A DNA stretch of 63,603 nt, filler included, from Dirinaria sp. TL-2023a (lineage: Eukaryota): assembly GCA_051941275.1 (NCBI GenBank). It is 25 parts of 25 records of this genome, joined end to end, with 100 filler letters (N's around TTAATTAATTAA, not from the genome) between each part and the next. Parts side by side here need not be neighbours in the genome. Positions count along the whole stretch, not along the records: positions 1 to 2,516 come from JAVEBF010002270.1; positions 2,617 to 5,127 come from JAVEBF010002271.1; positions 5,228 to 7,738 come from JAVEBF010002272.1; positions 7,839 to 10,329 come from JAVEBF010002273.1; positions 10,430 to 12,915 come from JAVEBF010002274.1; 20 more parts are not named here. One strand, 5' to 3'. The notes beneath the pieces are model-generated. The model made no database searches. It was given only the letters and a program-made list of their open reading frames with translations, and was not told where the DNA came from. Position numbers and translations under genes: made by a program. Of the stretch, positions 1-11,200 are shown one piece after another (positions within the stretch are counted from its first letter, which is position 1; each line of letters opens with the position of its first letter).

Positions 1-1825
1 ATGTCATGAAGAATGTCTAGCCTTTTTCTTCCTTTTTTCATAAAAAACGAAAAAATTGAGGGACGGGCTGATTGTGACCTTTCCGACTTGCCTTATCGAT
101 CATGTCTCAATTTATATTAATTGAGAATTCGGCGACAACGACGAGAATGACGAGCAATTAAAATTTTCAAAAAGATTATTACATTAAAAGAATTATTGAC
201 ACAAGATTTAAAACGATTCGATCAATGCGTCAATTTCATCAAATTCGATATTAACCACTTGGTACAATCATCTTTGCCCAGCCCTAAAGAACGAATGGCC
301 AAAGTAACTCGATGTCAAAAAAGGTTTCTGATGGCAGAATCATAGCATGAAATTCAAAAACAATGAGTTGGAAGAGACGCTCAACAGCTAGAAACCATTC
401 CAGAAGATTTCTTCCTTGAGCTAATAGAGTTTCCGATAGCCTTAGCAAAAACGCTGTATTGGATATATCTATTGGGCATAGTCTGTTTATCAATCACTAG
501 ATCCATTACAGGAATCTTTGGCCATGGGAAGCTGATAGGTACGTACTTTACTTTGTGCCTTTTCAGATGACGCTTAGACCTGGTTCATCGAGGTCGTACA
601 CTTCGTCGTACCACCCTCCCCAGTCTAGTGCTTTTGACTATTTAGAACTGATGATTGTTCTAGTAATAACATATCATTGCTTATCACTGTTGTGGATCCT
701 CAATTTTCATCAGCACCCTTACTGTTTCTTTATATCGTCCTACAAATTGATGAACTTGCTCATATCACTATTATCAAGTCTCTTTACACCATCATTATGA
801 CTCTATTTATACTTTGGGCTCGTCATAAGTCATCGAGCATACTGCAAAACAAATCAAGAAATTTGAGCGCGTTCTAATGTCAATAGTACGTTTAAAAATG
901 ATGGCCCTGCTCTCCTTGACCGTCTCCAGTGCGCAGAATGAGATAGATTTGGACTACTTCATCGGCGTGTCATTGCGCTCGTGCCTGGATATTTCAACTC
1001 AGACAGATTTTAATCTGACGCATCCACTGGAGCTTCTGGCGATTCTTGTACAAGATCGTCAGTTTTTACGAATTGCTTCTTGGATGACGCTGATCTTAAG
1101 GAGTGTTAAGATGTTCGCACATGGTCTGTCGTTCGATATCTTCTGACATCGATGGACTCATGTGCAGGATTTGCTCTTCAATCTGAACGACGTGTTCTAG
1201 TAAGCCAGCATCTGAATAAAACACATTTCTATCGGAATTTACCAGAACGTTCGCTGAGATCATTACCGTTTCTCCAAGAATACAGGGGCCTGGGAGAAAA
1301 GTGACCCACGAGATCGATATCATCGTGAGATGGCTTAGGACCAAATCCATGAAGGGAAGGTGAAGCTAGCAGAATCACCGAACTCCAGACCCAATGGAGC
1401 GAGACTTCACAACGTGAGGATTATCAAGGTGCAGTCAGCGCGGGGCTGATGACACGAACAGCAAAAGAGCTTCTTCACCCTCCTTTTTGAAAATGGCGAC
1501 TGACAGTAATCGACAGTCATCCAGACAACAGACAATGATGCGCAAGCGCGCAGTAATCTAGACTCAAGATAACTCGAGATTGCTGAGAGAGCGATTGGAT
1601 TTCCAATTCTCGAGGGAGACAACTTGTTTTCCAAAGCTCGCATCGTTCTTGCTCTTATTTTACAAATACTGAATTCGATATCTGACTTCTAGCATGCCAC
1701 ACGTTCTAACCTAGCAAATATAATCTGCTTGCTGAAACAAATACGACATCGAAGACTCGATAGCAATGCTAAAAGTCATGAGCGATGCTAGCAGGAGAAT
1801 CAGTTCAACCAAATCGACGCAGAAC

Positions 1826-2393
1826 ATGCAGAGCTTGGTCGTAACATGAAAATTCTTTGAAGATTTGCAGAAAAAAGATATAAGAATAAAGAACATCTCA
1901 GTTCTTAGCGAATATATGACACAGAAAAATTTGATTAATTGAGCGAACAGTGATCGCAGAGATCTCCGTCACACTTTACGCTATACCATTGACGAAAATC
2001 AAGACGAACAAATTTCAGTGGTCAAATTCAATGTGAGATTTCAAGCAATCATTCAGCGCTGTTAATCGAGCAGAAAACGAGCTAATCATGCAGAACTTGA
2101 TCGGGATTTGAAAAGTTTTTGAAGATTTGCAGAAAAAACATATAGGAACAAAGAACATCGTAGTTCTTAGCGAATATACGACACAGAAAAACTTGATAAA
2201 TCAGGCGAACAGTGATCACGAAGATTCTCGTGACACTGTATGCTATATGTTTGACAAATATCAAGAGAAACAAGCTTCAGTGGTCATATTGAATGTGATT
2301 GAAACGGATAACATCGATTTTCTCGAAAATTTTCAATTTTTTCTCAGCGCTGTTAATCGAGCTGAAAACGAACTAGTCATTTCGTGCAACTGA
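1826..2393 (+). pseudogene. Degraded Upf1/Sen1-like SF1 helicase C-terminal (AAA_12) region, tandemly duplicated
   Basis: ORF 2127-2393 IVVLSEYTTQKNLI...VCYMFDKYQEKQASVVILNV...IDFLENFQFFLSAVNRAENELVISCN aligns by eye with IGVITPYRAQ / TVDGFQGRE.DVVILS / IGFL...RRLNVALTRA..L.I.GN, with changes explicable by G>A. A second, more decayed copy lies at about 1826-2084. Confidence 0.6.
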
Positions 2394-2516
2394 AAAACTT
2401 TTTTGAAAATCTCGAATCAACGAAGTCTTCAAACGTTCAAGAAACTACGAGTCAAATTTGTCGTGAAAAAGATTTTTTTATTTATTTGATTGATTGAATT
2501 CTATAGTGACTACATT

Positions 2517-2616
2517 NNNNNNNNNNNNNNNNNNNNNNNNNNNNNNNNNNNNNNNNNNNNTTAATTAATTAANNNNNNNNNNNNNNNNNNNNNNNNNNNN
2601 NNNNNNNNNNNNNNNN
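2517..2616. other. Artificial contig spacer (44 N + TTAATTAATTAA + 44 N), first of 24 copies
   Basis: Identical 100-nt spacer at 2517, 5128, 7739, 10330, 12916, 15496, 18069, 20640, 23211, 25772, 28333, 30882, 33429, 35976, 38507, 41027, 43546, 46064, 48581, 51098, 53606, 56113, 58611 and 61108. It has stops in all six frames. The intervening contigs are ordered by decreasing length (2516 to 2396 bp). Confidence 0.99.
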
Positions 2617-3752
2617 ACAGGCTTGAGGTAGGGTGGCCTTAACGACTCGACGGACCATCGAGTGGAGGCTCGGGTCAGACTCGGTTGATGAGTAACATTG
2701 ACGTTAACCTATCAGAGGCGATGGAATAGCCGCATATGACCTGCATAAATAGCACTCCTTCGATCGATGATCTCGAGGTTGCGGCTCGTGACAGTGGCCA
2801 ATAATATTAATAAAGATGACAGCTGGTCGTCAAGCTTGAAATAAGGTGTGTGGCAGTCTTCGGCTAAAAATCGCAGTCATTCGGAACGATTGCGCACCAT
2901 TCTCTCTTTGGTTAGCCTGACTCGCCTAAGGAGCCGAAACAGATCTCTCTTCCCCGGCCCGAATGACTCCCGGTGACTGAATGACCTTTGACTTCCCATT
3001 CATCGATCGAAGAGAGCACACTAAGTCAATCATGTGCGACTAGTCTCACTAAAAAATGCCCTTACCAGTCGTGTGTTGCGAGTATGATTGCCCTTGTTTG
3101 CCTGTCGGTCACCCGGATCGATGGGCCCATCTCCCACTAAACGAAGCGCAGGCAGCAGTGCCTCGTTCGGACCGGCTGTACCCTCCATCCAACCTACGTA
3201 TTAGGAAACATCCATTGCTCGACCTAGCTGATCTCGTCTCCCGGATGTGTGTAGGGCGCATTTTAGGTCCGCGGGAAGCTGCTGCTACCCGCATGATGGG
3301 TAGATGGATGCCTATGACTCGAGGCTAACACATGACGAGTCGAAAATCACCCCCCCCCCCAGGCATCCATTCCGGGAAGGATGCACGCGAGCAAACATGT
3401 TGTATAAGTATCTCATACCTGTCTTGTTTCTCTTCTGCTTCGCCAGGATCTGTGTACGACGACCAACGCAAACGTCTTGTCAACAAGCTTCCGTGCCCGT
3501 TCGGCACCCACGTTTGGGTGCGCAGTTTATTTCCAACGCGTTGCGAAACATTCAGTGTCTGCTCTTCCTCAACGACATCATACCTACGTCACAGGGTGCT
3601 CGGTCGATATTGAGCTGACGTGAAGGGCTCGAACTGCTATATCTACGGTCAAGCTGGCGACCTTCTCGCCTTTCACTATCCATCCACGAGTCTCTACGGT
3701 CCCTCGATACGAAAAGACGACGACTTACTACATCTTCACATCACGAGACGAT

Positions 3753-4448
3753 ATGTCAGACCGATCCGCCTCACCCACCTTCTATCCCCGCAAGCGCTCG
3801 GTTGACTTTGCCGAGTCACCTGCCTACTCAAGGCTGCCCCATGATGATGAGCTTTTCGTCATGAAAGCCTTCTCGCGCCACGCCAGCCATTGCCCCACGT
3901 GCGTGCGGCCCTATGAAACCTTCAAGCGAGGTGGTACCCTTTGCCAGAGAGGCCACCAGAGAGGCCTCGACGTTGCCCAGTATCTGTACAACAAGCAAGG
4001 CCGAGCTTTCTCCATCATCGACCGACATGCCGGCCAGCACATACTCGTTGAGATCCCATCCAGCTGCGAAGCAGTCCGTGGCCTCCTCAAATCGATGGAG
4101 AATGGCCTCTACCTCCGTCGACGGAAGACGGAACCTACCATCTCGTACCAAGACAGCTACTACGCACCTCCTCGCCGTGCCTATACCGAAAAGCACGACT
4201 ACCACCGTGACCCCCATTACATCCGCAAACCAAGCTTGGAAACCCCCGTCGAGCCTCCCGCACGTGCACCCTCGCGGTACAGGCAGCTGCGGACCGATAA
4301 CCCGTACTACTCCAACCGAGAGACCCTGTTTGAGCGCGACTTGCGAGAAAGGGAGAAGCGGTACCGGCATCAGCAGCCCGCGTATTATTTCTCCAACGCA
4401 ACGTTGAACCCGCCACCGGTTCCGCCCAAGGACAGTTACTGGCTGTGA
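3753..4448 (+). CDS. Hypothetical fungal protein (231 aa) with His/Cys cluster H-x2-H-C-x2-C...C-x2-G-H
   Basis: Intronless ORF with coding-like composition and an AT-rich 3' region containing AATAAA. No function recognised. Confidence 0.7.
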   Translation: MSDRSASPTFYPRKRSVDFAESPAYSRLPHDDELFVMKAFSRHASHCPTCVRPYETFKRGGTLCQRGHQRGLDVAQYLYNKQGRAFSIIDRHAGQHILVEIPSSCEAVRGLLKSMENGLYLRRRKTEPTISYQDSYYAPPRRAYTEKHDYHRDPHYIRKPSLETPVEPPARAPSRYRQLRTDNPYYSNRETLFERDLREREKRYRHQQPAYYFSNATLNPPPVPPKDSYWL

Positions 4449-5677
4449 AACCATCCACTTTTCCAATCAAAGACTTGAACCCAGCGGCGCAAGTCCAAAC
4501 GAGCGACGATGACATCAGCGATTTTCAGCGATTCTTTGTTTCGGAAGGATGGGTTTTGGGCTATATTAGCATGCTACTGTATTTTTATTACCAATGAATA
4601 AAATGTGTCTCAAAAATTAATCGAACAAACAAGTATTCTGAAATTTGTTTCGAAACATCCATTCCAATAAAATTCCCGAATTGCTACAGTACTTAGCGTT
4701 GGATCAATAAGAACTCCCTTCAAACTCCGGAGGAATAATTAGACGCAGTATCTTAGCGCCACGTGGCACATAAAGTGTACTCCACCCATCATCCCAGCTG
4801 AATACAAACCACCTAGCTACGCAGCTATGACTAAATCGCAAGAAGCGATTCATACACACCCATACACTCGACCACAAAAACCAATATCCTCTCCATCAAC
4901 TCCCCAAAGCCCCAGACCCTACCCTCAGCTATATCCCACAGAGTAAGGTAGGACGCCTTACATCCGAAACAAGGCAACAAAACCAACCAACATCTGACAC
5001 TGCCCTGCCCTTGCTGTGCTGTGCTGCCGGGAACCAATCGTAAGATACCAACGGTGATACGAGGATGCGGAGCGAGGAGATTGTTTCTTAGGGAAGGGGG
5101 GGGAAGTTGGGTTTGTATGGTAGTTGANNNNNNNNNNNNNNNNNNNNNNNNNNNNNNNNNNNNNNNNNNNNTTAATTAATTAANNNNNNNNNNNNNNNNN
5201 NNNNNNNNNNNNNNNNNNNNNNNNNNNGTTTGGGGGGATCTGATGGGCCTTAAAATTGCGCAGGAGAGAAGGTCGTGAAATAGCAGAGGACCGTTGTTAC
5301 GAGCATGGACCTAGGGGTACTGACTTAAGGCATACTGCCGGGACCTCTCAGGGGTAATGTGCTGAACCTGATCTGGCTGTTTGCCCGTACTCGCCTGCGC
5401 ATATACATATACCTGAACCCCCTATTGTATCTAGTTTTCCTTCTCCTTCCTTCAATCATCACGATGATGGCAGCTTGTAATTAGCTGGGTTTTAAGAAGA
5501 ACCCACGATGGGGCGGACTGGATGGAATCCCGCATGGAGATCTCAGAAGTGTGTTCGGAACATTAAGAGAATAAATGAAAAAAAAAAAAAAAAAATTTTT
5601 TTCGAAGAAGGATGAAAAGATCGAGCATTATCAAAAGGTAAAGTTTTCGCAATTCGGCTTCATTCTCGTAAGAGCAT

Positions 5678-6942
5678 CTAATTTGTAGACGTCAGGCTAT
5701 TGTCCGGTAGACTCTGTTCGGTGAGCACCACTTCCAAATGTCCAAGCTCGCCCTGTCCGCCTATAGAGCCCGACTTGCCTCTCGTCACCGCACATTTCGC
5801 ATAGATGAGAGACGCGGCCTTCCAGACATCGTACCACCGCCAATAATCCGGGTTCCAGTCCGGACTTCTGGTCGTGACATAGCATCCCCGGTCGGCTGAG
5901 AAGAACGTCAATCCAAGCCAAAATTCCAACGAAATTAGTGATAGTATGGTGTGGGGGGAGGAACGAGTTCCCTACTGGGCAGAGGAAAGAAAGGCTAGTT
6001 TTGGGGTGTGGACGACTCACAATTATGGCATACAGCAGGAAGCTTTACTTGCGCGCCAGGGAGCCCAGCGAACGCAAACATTTCCTTCTTGAGCCCTGCA
6101 GGCATGAATTCCAGAACGGTCTTGCACGATTCGACTTCGATATTCGGATCCGCTTGAGAGTCACAATTAACGGCGCTTGGGTCTGAGGCTTGCACTACAA
6201 CTGCAAGAGGCTTGTAGACGGTCCCTGAAAAAACCGTAAGACTTCCTTCTGAATCATGAATCTGGGTTCGCTCTTGAAGTTGGTGTGTGTGGAGGGGGTG
6301 GGGGCGGATTTGCCTGATTTAAAAAAAGCTAAACCACCGGCAATTCCACCCGTGTGCTCATCGCTATGCTCAGTACAATCTTGAAAGACGCTTTTGGCAG
6401 CGGCATAGATGTCGCCGTAGGATACGTAGGCGACAGTATTGGGTGCTTCGAGAAAAATCTCAATACTGCAACGGCCGTCCGCTGGAGTTAGTTACTTTGT
6501 CAGTATAAAGTCATTGCACGGAAAATTTGTCGAAGGTTTGTCTCATTTACGTACGGCTGAGCCATTGTTTGGGAAGCAATTCCTGTGGTGCGGATGACTC
6601 TTGTGGACCGTCCCGCATGGTGAAGAAATAAGGTTGTTGGAAATCTTTCAGAGGCATACTGTCCAATGCCTTGCTACAGCTGAATACGTTGAGATTTGTT
6701 CCGAACATTCTGCTATTACATGCGGCCTTTGGCCCATTTTCGGTATGGTTTTGGAAGGAAAGTTTTGGGAACTTTGTGAACGGATCTGCCCAGATCTTGG
6801 AGATGTTGACACCAAAAGAGCCGTTTTGCGGTACGAGATAATCTTCTCTGTGGTAGGATAGTGGGAGAACACTTCCTACTACATTTATAATGATGCAGAA
6901 TAGAGCAAGAGCCGAGCTCAAGTGGAGGGTGAACGACATCAT
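5678..6942 (-). CDS. Secreted Cys-containing protein with two tandem homologous domains (Ecp2/KP4-like pattern), multi-exon
   Basis: Signal peptide MMSFTLHLSSALALFCIIINVVG. Intron 6482-6554 (GTACGT...CTAAC...CAG). Exon pieces C..C.KAL..MP...LP..W.S.DGRC.I...SYGDIYAAA..V...C...GG and C...SC..V...MP...F...LP...DRGC...WYDVWKAA..I...C...G.SG repeat one pattern. Later intron boundaries are approximate. Confidence 0.7.
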
Positions 6943-7641
6943 TGTTGATGACAGGGAGAGAGACAAGTCAAGGAAGACTGGTGGTGTAAAGAATAAGCAT
7001 ATTTAATTCTTCTTTTGCTAGTTCCGCCGAACCAGCGAGAGAAGCGCTTGAACCTACATTGTATCGCGAATACGTCATGCACGGACGCAGTCTTGCTTTT
7101 TATCACAGCGTTGGTCGGGTAGCGCAAGTATGGTCGGCACCCAGTTGCATAATACTCTGTGCTCGTCATGCTATCATCACTGAAGAAATTGGGTTGGAGT
7201 ATTATACGAAGCTCGACGCCTTGAGTCCTAGCTAGTGGAGGCACAACGATGAGGAAAGCAGGTTTTGATGTGGTCCTCGGAGCCAGATGCTCGGCTCTAA
7301 TCAACATAATACTATGGGTCAATCCTCATATTTCCCTAAGTTGGCGGGTCCGAATAAGCTAGTGTTTCCTGGGTACACAATGTGGTTTTCGATTTTCGAA
7401 CGCCCAATGATTTGGTTTGAGCTGAAATGGATGACTGACTTTCAGAGGCGAGTAATCTAAAGAAGACGACCGATTTCCTATCCGAATACACTATTCGCGC
7501 GACATTCTAGTTGAAAGCATAGTGAGAAGCGATGTGTGTAAAGCAGTACACTTTAGCTAGTATACGTCTTGTATTGCTATATTTCGGGAGATAGGGGCTG
7601 TGAGTGTAAAGAGAAGACATGTAGTGCTGATATCAAGCTTT

Positions 7642-7738
7642 TGTTGTGACCCTGGAACACCAAGTAGTAAGATATGCAACCAAATCGCTCAGCGATTTGG
7701 TTGCATATCTTACTACTTGGTGTTCCAGGGTCACAACA
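7642..7738. repeat. Perfect inverted repeat: 48-bp arms with a 1-nt spacer, TG...CA ends
   Basis: TGTTGTGACCCTGGAACACCAAGTAGTAAGATATGCAACCAAATCGCT-C-reverse complement, ending exactly at the contig end. Confidence 0.95.
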
Positions 7739-7859
7739 NNNNNNNNNNNNNNNNNNNNNNNNNNNNNNNNNNNNNNNNNNNNTTAATTAATTAANNNNNN
7801 NNNNNNNNNNNNNNNNNNNNNNNNNNNNNNNNNNNNNNATTGGAGACTGGCATAAGCTT

Positions 7860-9017
7860 TTGTATGCAAAGACTGAGGATGATTTTGATCGACAATGGCA
7901 AGCGCTTCAAGATAAGTATGACTCAATTGATCAACGTATATGCGATTATCTTCGTGCTTGGATTATTCCTCAAAAGAAAAAATGGTGTCAAATTTGGACG
8001 AATCGGTACATGCATTTCAACAATCATACTACTTCTCGCGGAGAAGGAGGTCATCATATCTTAAAAGCATGCTTGCACACCTCCGGCAATGATCTGAAAG
8101 AGGTGGTTGATAGAGTGGATATGCTTTGTAACAATCAACGTTCAAAGTACGTCGATGAACTTGCGAAAGCAAAGCAACGCCTTCCTACCGTGTTGAACAA
8201 ACAGATATTTCAGGATCTGACCGCCTATGTTACTCCTTTTGCATTGAAGCAGATTTTACCTCAGTATGAGAAGATATTGGAGGCTCAAAAGACCAACAAA
8301 AGACTACCTTCATGCACTCACACTTTGAGAATCACTATGGGTCTGCCGTGTGCTCACGAGATCGAGCAATGCTTAGCAGAAGATGGTCGTTTGAAACTAT
8401 CAGATGTTCACTATCACTGGCATTTTAAGAAGCCGGAGCGACACTATCAAGTCCCTTCTGACTCAGATCCAGCTGCAGAACCGACTGTTCCAGAGCCTGT
8501 TCGAAATCCTCTACTCAACATCAAGAATCCTGACGTCGTGAAGGGAAAAGGACGTCCACCAGGCTCCTTAAATAAGCGTCAACGAGTGGCAGAAAACTCA
8601 ACTCAACGTCTACCTTCCGGATTTGAATATGCGCAGGCACAGGCAGAAGCGGAGGAAGCAGAAAGCAGCACACAAGATCGCGCGAGTCGCGGAGGTCGCG
8701 GAGGTAGAGGTGGAGCAAGAGGTGGAGCAAGAGGTGAAGCAAGAGGTGGTGCAAGAGGTGGTGCAAGAGGTGAAGAAGTGAAGAAGCGCGTATCGCAAAG
8801 AACTAAGACACCGTCGGCCAAGGCCCTTCTAGCACAGTTTGAAGCAGATGAAGCGGAGATTGCAGCCGGAGACGAACTGAATCGTCTTCATGCGAAAGCA
8901 CCTTATCAGGAGCCGGAAAGCGAGCATGAGTATGTATCGATTAGCGACAGCGAGTTTGATGAGGAAATAGCCTATGCGAAGAGAAAGCGCGCCGAGTGGG
9001 CGAAGAAAGGGCGGTGA
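7860..9017 (+). CDS. MULE transposase, C-terminal part (5'-truncated by contig edge)
   Basis: Uninterrupted 385-aa frame carrying the motifs above. Confidence 0.85.
   Translation: MYAKTEDDFDRQWQALQDKYDSIDQRICDYLRAWIIPQKKKWCQIWTNRYMHFNNHTTSRGEGGHHILKACLHTSGNDLKEVVDRVDMLCNNQRSKYVDELAKAKQRLPTVLNKQIFQDLTAYVTPFALKQILPQYEKILEAQKTNKRLPSCTHTLRITMGLPCAHEIEQCLAEDGRLKLSDVHYHWHFKKPERHYQVPSDSDPAAEPTVPEPVRNPLLNIKNPDVVKGKGRPPGSLNKRQRVAENSTQRLPSGFEYAQAQAEAEEAESSTQDRASRGGRGGRGGARGGARGEARGGARGGARGEEVKKRVSQRTKTPSAKALLAQFEADEAEIAAGDELNRLHAKAPYQEPESEHEYVSISDSEFDEEIAYAKRKRAEWAKKGR
8707..8771 (+). repeat. 12-nt tandem repeat (AGAGGTGGAGCA-like, about 5 copies) encoding RGGA repeats
   Basis: Directly visible inside the transposase ORF. 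Confidence 0.9.
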
Positions 9018-9799
9018 GGTCCGGCGATGAGGGTCGACGATGAGGCGATGAGAGTCAGAGGCAAAAAGCATAGATTTCCTAGGTAAAAAGCATGCAATAA
9101 CGACTTGCTAGTTTGTGCTTTGGCCATTGGTTGGTGAGATTAGCAGGCATTTCCACTCAGATTTTCCAGGAAACAACCAACTTGCTTGCCAAAATTTTCA
9201 GGGGATTTGCCTGGGAAAATACCTAGGGACTTATACAGAAATTTTGGTTTGGTGGAGGTGGTTTTACCCTATCAGGTTAGTGTCGGTGGAAGGTTTCTCC
9301 TAGCGCGGGTACAAATATGGATCGCGGGTACAAATAAGTGCTACCACTCCGTATACCCAGATATCCCACACATGTGATTCCAAGGGTCCTCCAGGGTCCT
9401 GCTTCAGGGTTCAAGGCAGTCACGTGACTCAGTATGTGACCCCATATAGGTCAGGTCCATGACATTCGGGATGAGACGGGGAGACTTTAGAATTGTGGTT
9501 ATTTACTGGAAGCACTTAGGACCGCTGGGTCAGACCTGAATCTGAGCCACGATCATGCAACGAGAGACGATAACAAACGTCTTGCCCATCGAGGAAGTGC
9601 TGCAATACGAATGGTTATACTTGTAGATCGATATATTACTGGAGCTGCCAGAGGTACCTTGAGCAAGAGCATGCAAGATATTCACTGACGAGCTAGCTAG
9701 CTGTCGCAAAATTAAAATGATATTGGTTACTTCTAACTCTAACTATTCGAATGCGTAAAACGGATGAGACTAGAAGTCCATGTTCATCTACAGTGTAGA

Positions 9800-10200
9800 G
9801 AGATCATGATCAAAGCGCGAGAGCGGGAACTCGTGAAGGATATGCAAAAAGAATACAACGTCATCGCTCCGGTGCACAACATGTGATCGCAGCTCAAGGG
9901 AGATGTGAAGTCGCTCAGTCCCTTTCTCGCCACCTCAGGGCGCGTGTTTGATTAGGTCGTACTCTTAGAGAACTCTATTCGATTCTTTGCTTGTCGAAGA
10001 GCCCGAATATTGTTGCTCTCCTACAAACTGTAGGAATACAGAAGCTCGAGGCTGCAGACCGCCCATCGCCACGCAGCCCCATATTGATCGGAGTCTTGAA
10101 TGAATTCATGAAAAACCTTGTCAGCCATTGCACAGCACATGCTCAGAGATGACGATCGTTTGACTGAGAAAGTCTCAACGAAAATAGCTGACCGAGAGAG
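9800..10200 (+). pseudogene. Possible heavily decayed DUF3435-like tyrosine recombinase C-terminal region
   Basis: The frame from 9806 reads MIKARERELVKDMQKEYNVIAPVHNM*SQLKG, resembling the R.RA....Q.EYD...PV.D...QL.G segment of DUF3435 proteins. Later fragments (NIVAL/YKL*EYR, CQP, LRDDDRL) fit only with frameshifts. Confidence 0.4.
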
Positions 10201-11200
10201 AATCATTTACGCTGAGAGTTGCAAGATCATCTATGACTATCTTCCTAGCTTGCGAACGCCGTTCCTTTCCTACTATTTCCTTACACTACTGATCGCTGAT
10301 CAGCAGTCGTTGTGTCCCATTAACACACTNNNNNNNNNNNNNNNNNNNNNNNNNNNNNNNNNNNNNNNNNNNNTTAATTAATTAANNNNNNNNNNNNNNN
10401 NNNNNNNNNNNNNNNNNNNNNNNNNNNNNCTCCCTTTTTTGCCGCCGGCTTGGCAGACCCCGCGTTTTGCTACCAATCAACATTCGTTGCCTTGTTGAAT
10501 CTGGAACGCGGCCACAAACACACCAAGAGTCCAAAGACCCCTGGGGAGTCGAAACAGGGCAACATGGAAGGATCATTGGACGTGCAATGCATTAATGGCG
10601 TGCCTTGGTGGGTTTGAGTATCCAAAGTACTACACTCGCACGATGTTCTTAACTCATCGCCTCCTAATCTTCCACTTCTTACCTATATTCTTTCTTTTCC
10701 ATAGCTCTCAGCTTTTTCTTTTTCTTCTTTCTGCGTACGAGTACATCTACTTCACTTCTCCCACATTCACTTCCGATCCTTTAGGGCCCTCTCGGTTGAC
10801 GCTAGAGTACCTTGGTGAATCAGCCGAACACTTACGCTAGCGACAACAGATTGGGTGCCCAATTACTTTCATTGTTTCGCTTACCTGATTGTCGAAACGA
10901 CTTCATTGTCCTGACCTTCAAAGGCTTCATTCATTCAGCCTGGGTTAAGATCAATGAAACGCCTCGACTGACTTGACCCTCTCTATTTTTGCATCAAAGA
11001 GTCCTACGTCAACCTTTGTCTTCTTTCACTACAAGTGTTCAAGATCTGGAATCTCCTTATCCCACACTGTTCTCACAGTACGCACGGACAGACTCTATTA
11101 CTTTCTTTACCAACGAACATACTACATTTACATCCGTCAGGTACGGATTTGCTTTTCCACCACGCTCTCAGAAACCGAGTAAACGCAGCAAATTACAAAG

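Larger units (their letters stand above)
7839..9357 (+). mobile_element. Mutator-like (MULE) DNA transposon, 3' half
   Basis: ORF to 9017 has W...WTNRYMHFNNHTTSRGEGGHHILK (MULE catalytic E region), CTHTLRITMGLPCAH (SWIM-like), GKGRPPG (AT-hook-like) and an RGG tract. The repeat CGCGGGTACAAATA occurs twice near 9305-9336, consistent with a terminal region; the exact end is uncertain. Confidence 0.85.

Noticed and set aside
3828..4466. Long antisense or alternate-frame ORFs (also 18180-18773, 52579-53205, 62402-63103 and others)
   Set aside because: They are shadows of GC-rich real genes on the opposite strand or in another frame.
5300..5400. GAACCTGATCTGG resembling part of a TPP riboswitch
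   Set aside because: It lacks the following ATAATACCAGCG-type stem and the upstream CTGAGA motif, and no thiamine gene is on the contig.
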